Below the pieces are notes generated by a model. That model had not been told where the DNA came from, did no database searches, and saw only the letters and a program-made list of their open reading frames with translations. 64,000 bases of DNA from contig JASANG010001414.1 in NCBI GenBank assembly GCA_030248215.1, positions 434,001 to 498,000 on the forward strand. Reading direction: 5' to 3'. A program made the translations under genes and the position numbers. Below are positions 63,215-64,000 of the stretch, piece after piece (the first letter of the stretch is position 1; every line of letters starts with the position of its first letter). The DNA is from Enoplolaimus lenunculus (Eukaryota).

Positions 63215-63309
63215 CTGTAAATACGTTTGATTGGTTAAAGTATGGTAAGGAAAGCCAACCGCAGCCGGAGATATACCCGTTGTATTGATCGCAGCAGTTT
63301 GGGTAAAAC
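63215..63309 (-). CDS. Most 5' exon of the PQN-59/UBAP2L-like gene found in the window
   Basis: GTTTAG acceptor at phase 1; FTQTAAINTTGISPAAVGFPYHTLTNQTYLQ; donor CAG|GTATTT at phase 0. The gene presumably continues beyond 64000. Confidence 0.7.
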
Positions 63310-64000
63310 CTAAACCAAACAAGGATCAGCACTAGCTTACTTCATAACAGGGTTCCAACTTGAACTAAATTTTGCTAGAACAGGAACTGGAATTTGAAAT
63401 AACTTTCATCACCGAATTACTGTTGTTTTTTTAATAAAGTCGTAAAAACGTGTCCTACATAGAAACTTCCACAAAATGCAGAAGTTACTCTCAAGCCGAT
63501 CATTCACTTCAGGTTCATGGCAATATTGAACGCAGTGTTCTATTTCTCGCCAATCCAGCCGCCGTTGCGGTTAAAATATCTTATTAGCGCTTAAACTTTT
63601 TTTGTTCATCGCCAAAATTGTGGCTTAAATTTTTCGCGGCATCTTACTGCAAATTCCTTCAAAAGCTGGTGAAACACAGTACAACAGTAATGCAGACTTT
63701 CAAATTGACTTTGTATAATGTCTCAAAAGAATTTGAACTTATTTTAGGTTAATGATAGGTTTTGGAACAAACTTATGTTTTAAGTCTTCGTGATTCTTAA
63801 CACACTTCTCTTTTATGCCTAAATTTTTGAATCAGCGCCTGAAAATTAACGGTTAATGGCCACTTGGCGACTAAATATAAGTAAAGCAAAATCCTGATAA
63901 TATATTTGACAAGGATTATTATAAAACAGAACTTTTACATCCAATGGTGCTGCTATTTGAAAAATTATCTTGAAACAATCATTATAAGTCAGCACATTAC

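Overview
AT-rich eukaryotic genomic DNA, most likely from a nematode: there are abundant interstitial TTAGGC telomeric repeats, GT-AG introns with TTTTAG/TTTCAG/TTGCAG acceptors, and a very high MITE density. Four protein-coding loci can be assembled by hand. (1) A two-exon + strand gene missed by the ORF track (1140-1179, 2430-3139) encodes an Asp/Arg/His-rich protein with DRRDDPF repeats. (2) An intronless FMRFamide-receptor-like GPCR lies at 4895-6100 (-). (3) A divergent DEG/ENaC channel gene lies at 45810-50935 (+); it has a stop-containing candidate exon and a decayed paralogous exon. (4) Nine 3' exons of a Q/A/G-rich gene resembling PQN-59/UBAP2L/Lingerer lie at 56289-63309 (-), with the 5' part outside the window. 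The rest is mostly non-autonomous DNA transposons: hAT-like, Merlin-like TTAGGC-bearing, piggyBac-like, Tc1/pogo-like, CACTG-ended and DINE-1/Helentron-like elements, plus an internally deleted piggyBac (51834-53420), an 8x93-bp tandem array and a 262-bp duplication. The most striking structure is a pair of same-orientation piggyBac-type MITEs (542-803, 21271-21533), each carrying a tRNA-Gly-like Pol III module. They bracket a 21-kb segment holding genes 1 and 2, and the unit is flanked by a 33-bp TTAA-to-TTAA direct repeat (32/33 identical), as expected for a gene-carrying composite transposon. All annotations are by eye; no database searches were run.
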